A DNA stretch of 64,000 nucleotides from a virus (Duplodnaviria > Heunggongvirae > Uroviricota > Caudoviricetes). Below, piece after piece: positions 60,174 through 64,000 of this stretch (the stretch's first letter is position 1; each line of letters opens with the position of its first letter). Location: IMG/VR virus record IMGVR_UViG_644736364_000008. One strand, written 5' to 3'. Below the pieces are notes generated by a model, which worked only from the letters and a program-made list of their open reading frames with translations, did no database searches and was not told the origin of the DNA. The position numbers were made by a program, and so were the translations under genes.

Positions 60174-60698
60174 ATGTCATTTATTAAAACTTTTTCCGGG
60201 AAGCATTTTTATTATGACAGGATAAATAAAGACGACATCGTTATTAACGATATCGCGGTTTCTCTTTCAAATATCTGTCGCTTTGCAGGACATCTTTCAC
60301 ATTTCTACAGCGTCGCCCAACATGCGGTGCTTTGCAGCCAACTGGTACCGCAGGAATTTGCTTTTGAAGCGTTAATGCATGATGCAACAGAAGCGTATTG
60401 CCAGGACATCCCGGCGCCACTGAAACGCCTTCTTCCTGACTATAAACGGATGGAAGAAAAAATAGACGCCGTAATCCGTGAGAAATACGGGTTACCCCCG
60501 GTTATGAGTACGCCCGTGAAATATGCCGATCTCATCATGCTGGCAACCGAACGCCGCGATCTCGGGCTTGATGATGGCTCTTTCTGGCCCGTACTGGAAG
60601 GTATCCCGGCAACAGAGATGTTCAAAGTTATTCCACTGTCGCCAGGCCATACCTATGGGATGTTTATGGAACGCTTTAAAGAGTTAACTGAGTCGTAA
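60174..60698 (+). CDS. HD-domain phosphohydrolase (YfdR-like 5'-deoxynucleotidase)
   Basis: H...HD...D pattern (AQHAVL...LMHDATEAY...D); SD ggaga. Confidence 0.6.
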   Translation: MSFIKTFSGKHFYYDRINKDDIVINDIAVSLSNICRFAGHLSHFYSVAQHAVLCSQLVPQEFAFEALMHDATEAYCQDIPAPLKRLLPDYKRMEEKIDAVIREKYGLPPVMSTPVKYADLIMLATERRDLGLDDGSFWPVLEGIPATEMFKVIPLSPGHTYGMFMERFKELTES

Positions 60699-60806
60699 AA
60701 ATCAGCACGTACGAATTCAAACTCTGCCATAAAAGAACATATAAGTAATTTATTAACATATAGATATAGGTTATATTACAAATTGAAAAATTATTGGAGA
60801 GCAACA

Positions 60807-61673
60807 ATGAATCAAAATCCATTCTCATTCTATGACTTTCTTGGATATTTAATACCAGGTGGTTTTTTTATCCTATTAATGTATTTCTGTGGTTTGACAT
60901 TCGATCTAGATATTGTTATTGACTTAAGTGAATTGCTCAGAGGTCAAAGTCAAATCTTTGGCATTTTGAACTACGCTTCAATAGTTATTATATCTTATAT
61001 AGCTGGACATTTTATTTCTATCACGTCAGCATTTTTTATCGAAAAATACATGAATAAAGAATTAGGATATCCTTCCAAATATCTATTTAAAAAATTGATA
61101 GATACCTCAGAAAGCATTTGTAGCCCATCATGCGATGAGAGAAGCGCTGATAAAAAAACAAAAATAAAGAATCGCATAATCAAATGCGTATTATGTCCAA
61201 TAATACTATGGGATTTTATAACACAAAAACTATGTTATTCTCAATCTCTACCATTTCATTTAGCTAATACAACATGGTTAATGATCAAAGAAGGTTATGA
61301 GAAAAAGTTCATAACAAATCGCCAATTATTACAAGATAAAAACGGACTTGATGATGATCTCTTCAGATTGGCATATCATTATGTTTATGAGTTTTCAAAA
61401 CAACATCAAACAAAAATTCAAAACTATGTTGCATTATATGGTTTTTGCAGAAACATATGTTTAATCTTTATAATTTCATTTTGGGTATCAGTTCCAACCT
61501 TTATTTATCGATTATGTACTCATAGTGATTATCTTTATAGTTTACTTTCAATAATGCTTAGCTTTTTCTTCGTCTATGTTTTCTATGTTGGTTTTGTTAA
61601 ATTTTATAGAAGATATACTTTAGAAGTATTAATGGCATTTGCTGTACTTCAAAGTAACGACACTATTCGTTAA
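60807..61673 (+). CDS. AT-rich polytopic membrane protein (288 aa) of unknown function
   Basis: Very AT-rich ORF with several hydrophobic helices; SD ggaga. Confidence 0.6.
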   Translation: MNQNPFSFYDFLGYLIPGGFFILLMYFCGLTFDLDIVIDLSELLRGQSQIFGILNYASIVIISYIAGHFISITSAFFIEKYMNKELGYPSKYLFKKLIDTSESICSPSCDERSADKKTKIKNRIIKCVLCPIILWDFITQKLCYSQSLPFHLANTTWLMIKEGYEKKFITNRQLLQDKNGLDDDLFRLAYHYVYEFSKQHQTKIQNYVALYGFCRNICLIFIISFWVSVPTFIYRLCTHSDYLYSLLSIMLSFFFVYVFYVGFVKFYRRYTLEVLMAFAVLQSNDTIR

Positions 61674-61714
61674 TAATGTTGCTCCCGTGTGCAGACGGGA
61701 TAATGGAGAAACGT

Positions 61715-61921
61715 ATGCTGAACCTCGATTGTGTTCCTATCTCAACTTATTGCAAAGAAACTGGCGAAACTCCTGAAGCAATAAACAAACGTGTACAGCG
61801 CGGTGTTTGGCGTGAAGGTGTTCAGGTTTTAAAGGTTGAAGGCGTTAAGGAGAGGTGGATTGATCTTAGTGAGGTTGCAAAATGGGCCAGACAAAACTGC
61901 TCAAACTACCGCGCGGCGTAA
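61715..61921 (+). CDS. xis: Excisionase (Xis)
   Basis: Small basic protein (VQRGVWREGVQVLKVEGVKERWIDLSEVAKWARQ) overlapping the int start. Confidence 0.6.
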   Translation: MLNLDCVPISTYCKETGETPEAINKRVQRGVWREGVQVLKVEGVKERWIDLSEVAKWARQNCSNYRAA

Positions 61922-63054
61922 CAATCAGGAAACACCACCAGGGAGAAACGATCAATATAACTTTCACCTACAAAGGAGTTAGATGTCGTGAGCCGCTTTC
62001 CAATCTGGAAGTAACACCAAAGAACATTAAATACGCCGAGCGTACACTCGGCGAAATCCATAATAAGATCGAAAGGGGAACATTCATTTATGCAGAATAT
62101 TTTCCCCGTTCTGCTCGTTTGAAAATTTTTGGTAATGCTGCTGCAAGCAAAACGGTAAAGATGTACCTGGACGAATATCTTGAAATCTGCGAAACAAGAA
62201 AACTTTCACCCTCTACGATTGGTGGCTATAAAAAATGCCGTAGTGCGTTAGCCTCACTTCACATTTGCCCTGCAAGTGAATTAACACCAGCAACCCTGAA
62301 AGCGTGGATTCAAAGCCAGAAAACAACCTTAAAAACCATTCGCAACCAGTTATCTTTCCTACGGTCAGCACTTGATGAAGCCGTGACCGATGGGGTACTT
62401 CAAATTAACCCCGTATCGTTAGTAACAGCTTCGCGCTACCAAAGTGATAAGTCAGAAGCAGAAAGCAGCTATGTGGTTGATCCGCTATCACCAGCAGAAG
62501 TTGATGCATTACTAGCAGCAGCCGGAAACAAACAATGGGAAAATCTGTTCCGGTTCGCCATACATACAGGCCTGCGTAGTTCTGAATTATGTGCCCTACG
62601 ATGGCATGATATCGACTTTGTTGGAAAAACAGCCCATGTTCAGAGCGCAAGTGTTGTCGGAGTTATCAAAGGAACAAAGACAAAAGCCGGTACCCGTAAA
62701 GTTGAACTGACTGAAGAAGCAATGTTGGCGTTGATAAACCAGAAGCCATTTACATTCATGAAGGATGCTACTGTCTTTGAAGATCCAAAGACCAATAAAC
62801 CCTGGGCAAGTGCTGATGCAATTAGGAAAAAAGCATGGGTGCCAACATTGCGAAAAGCAGGTATTCGTTACAGAAACCCATATCAAACCAGGCATACATT
62901 CGCCACCAGCCATATCAGCCGGGGAGCAAACCTGTTTTGGCTTGCGGCTCAAATGGGCCATAAAGGGCCTGAAATGTTATTCAGGCACTATGGACAATAC
63001 TTGAAAGAGTATGATGGGAGGGCAAGTATCAAGGATAAAAAGGCTTTATTTTAA
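61882..63054 (+). CDS. int: Tyrosine integrase (lambda Int family)
   Basis: 390 aa; C-terminal TRHTFATSHI...GH...LFRHY catalytic motifs. Confidence 0.9.
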   Translation: MGQTKLLKLPRGVTIRKHHQGETINITFTYKGVRCREPLSNLEVTPKNIKYAERTLGEIHNKIERGTFIYAEYFPRSARLKIFGNAAASKTVKMYLDEYLEICETRKLSPSTIGGYKKCRSALASLHICPASELTPATLKAWIQSQKTTLKTIRNQLSFLRSALDEAVTDGVLQINPVSLVTASRYQSDKSEAESSYVVDPLSPAEVDALLAAAGNKQWENLFRFAIHTGLRSSELCALRWHDIDFVGKTAHVQSASVVGVIKGTKTKAGTRKVELTEEAMLALINQKPFTFMKDATVFEDPKTNKPWASADAIRKKAWVPTLRKAGIRYRNPYQTRHTFATSHISRGANLFWLAAQMGHKGPEMLFRHYGQYLKEYDGRASIKDKKALF

Positions 63055-63663
63055 GTCATTATGCCAATCGTCTACTGTTTGAAACCAAATTTTTAACCTT
63101 TGCATAAAGGTACGATCCTTTTTGGGAGGGTGGTACCTTTGAAAAGAAGTATGTAACGCTTCGATAACTCCCATACAAGCATCAATTACTTCTTGTGCTT
63201 TAACCGGGCGATCGGCATCTGAAAGCTTGTGAGCGACCTCACAATCCAGAGTTGCTTTCTCTAGTACAGATGAGAACACCTCGTCAGGTATATACAGTCC
63301 TCTGCTTTCCAAAATGCAAATCAGTTTGGAAACTTGTTGAGCTTTAGCCAAGATAGTTAACAAGTATGAAACAGAAGCCTTTGTTCTATCCTTTTGCAAC
63401 CTTAACAATCGATGCTTTGATGCTCTAATTTTAGGTTGAGTTGTCTGACTGAGCCAATAGTTAGAAGAAATATCAGAAATTTCAATAACTAACTTTGAAA
63501 TAGCATCAATAATTGATTTCGATTCAGAACGTGTCGCCAGTTTTACAGAATTATTGTACGCAACTCGCCATCCAATGAAAACTAAGCAGACGCTAACTAC
63601 TGTGATACACCACGAATACTGTCCTATTTGTGCTACTAATGACATTGGTTCCGTACTGATCAA
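63046..63663 (-). CDS. Membrane-anchored protein of unknown function (205 aa)
   Basis: N-terminal TM helix; convergent with and overlapping the int 3' end; AT-rich. Confidence 0.55.
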   Translation of the reverse strand: MISTEPMSLVAQIGQYSWCITVVSVCLVFIGWRVAYNNSVKLATRSESKSIIDAISKLVIEISDISSNYWLSQTTQPKIRASKHRLLRLQKDRTKASVSYLLTILAKAQQVSKLICILESRGLYIPDEVFSSVLEKATLDCEVAHKLSDADRPVKAQEVIDACMGVIEALHTSFQRYHPPKKDRTFMQRLKIWFQTVDDWHNDLK

Positions 63664-63673
63664 CTATCGCCTC

Positions 63674-64000
63674 TTATACTCTTTCTGGTTGTGCTAAATC
63701 AATAAATTTATCAATCTGTTCTTTGTAGAACGGAACATCACTTTTTATAATCAAACGTGCTTTAACGTTGGCTTTAGGTATCCCTTCCTTACGGATGAGA
63801 CCTCCAAACGCCTCTTCTAAGAAAGAGGAACCAACACCCAGTGCTATACCGCGAAAATCAACCACAATCTCCTGTTCAGTACCCTTCAGCGCAGGCACCA
63901 AAAACTCTCTACGAAATCTTTCCGCACTGTGTGGGCTATCCGTTGTGTAACGTCCGAAAGGTGTTCTGGAGAACTCCTTCGCTATGACGATATTTCTCAT
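63674..64000 (-). CDS. STAS-like (DUF4325-like) small protein; start at or beyond the window edge
   Basis: EIVVDFRGIALGVGSSFLEEAFGGL resembles the STAS-like fold signature; ATG at 64000 is the last codon in the window. Confidence 0.45.
   Translation of the reverse strand: MRNIVIAKEFSRTPFGRYTTDSPHSAERFRREFLVPALKGTEQEIVVDFRGIALGVGSSFLEEAFGGLIRKEGIPKANVKARLIIKSDVPFYKEQIDKFIDLAQPERV

Overview
The window is almost entirely prophage DNA, apparently two prophages in tandem, with no CRISPR array and no rRNA. (1) Positions 1 to about 21975 are the integrase-proximal arm of a P2/186-family (Fels-2-like) myovirus prophage, running off the left edge. In order it carries baseplate V, an AT-rich inserted gene between V and S, tail completion S and R, the lysis cassette, head genes L-M-N-O, divergent terminase P and portal Q, a cos-proximal cargo gene, an SOS-controlled DinI-like operon, replication gene A, a Dam methylase, a 186-like CII/Apl/CI switch and the integrase, then an RES-like cargo gene and a 45-nt ssrA (tmRNA) 3'-end attachment remnant. 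(2) From about 22 kb to the right edge lies a second prophage. It has an accessory island rich in nuclease-like genes, a GmrSD-like type IV restriction gene, a Mu G-segment-like invertible tail-fibre region whose invertase is truncated, a Mu-like contractile tail, an HK97-like head with HNH and terminase, a lambdoid lysis/Q/replication/immunity region, and xis-int near the right edge. The best candidates for undescribed anti-phage or accessory functions are the AT-rich cargo genes at known phage hotspots: 561-2261, 11127-12536, 20591-21814, 22361-24741, 49810-50145, 60807-61673 and 63046-64000. All calls rest on reading the six-frame translations and on family motifs and gene order recalled from memory; no database search was possible, so the family names are hypotheses.
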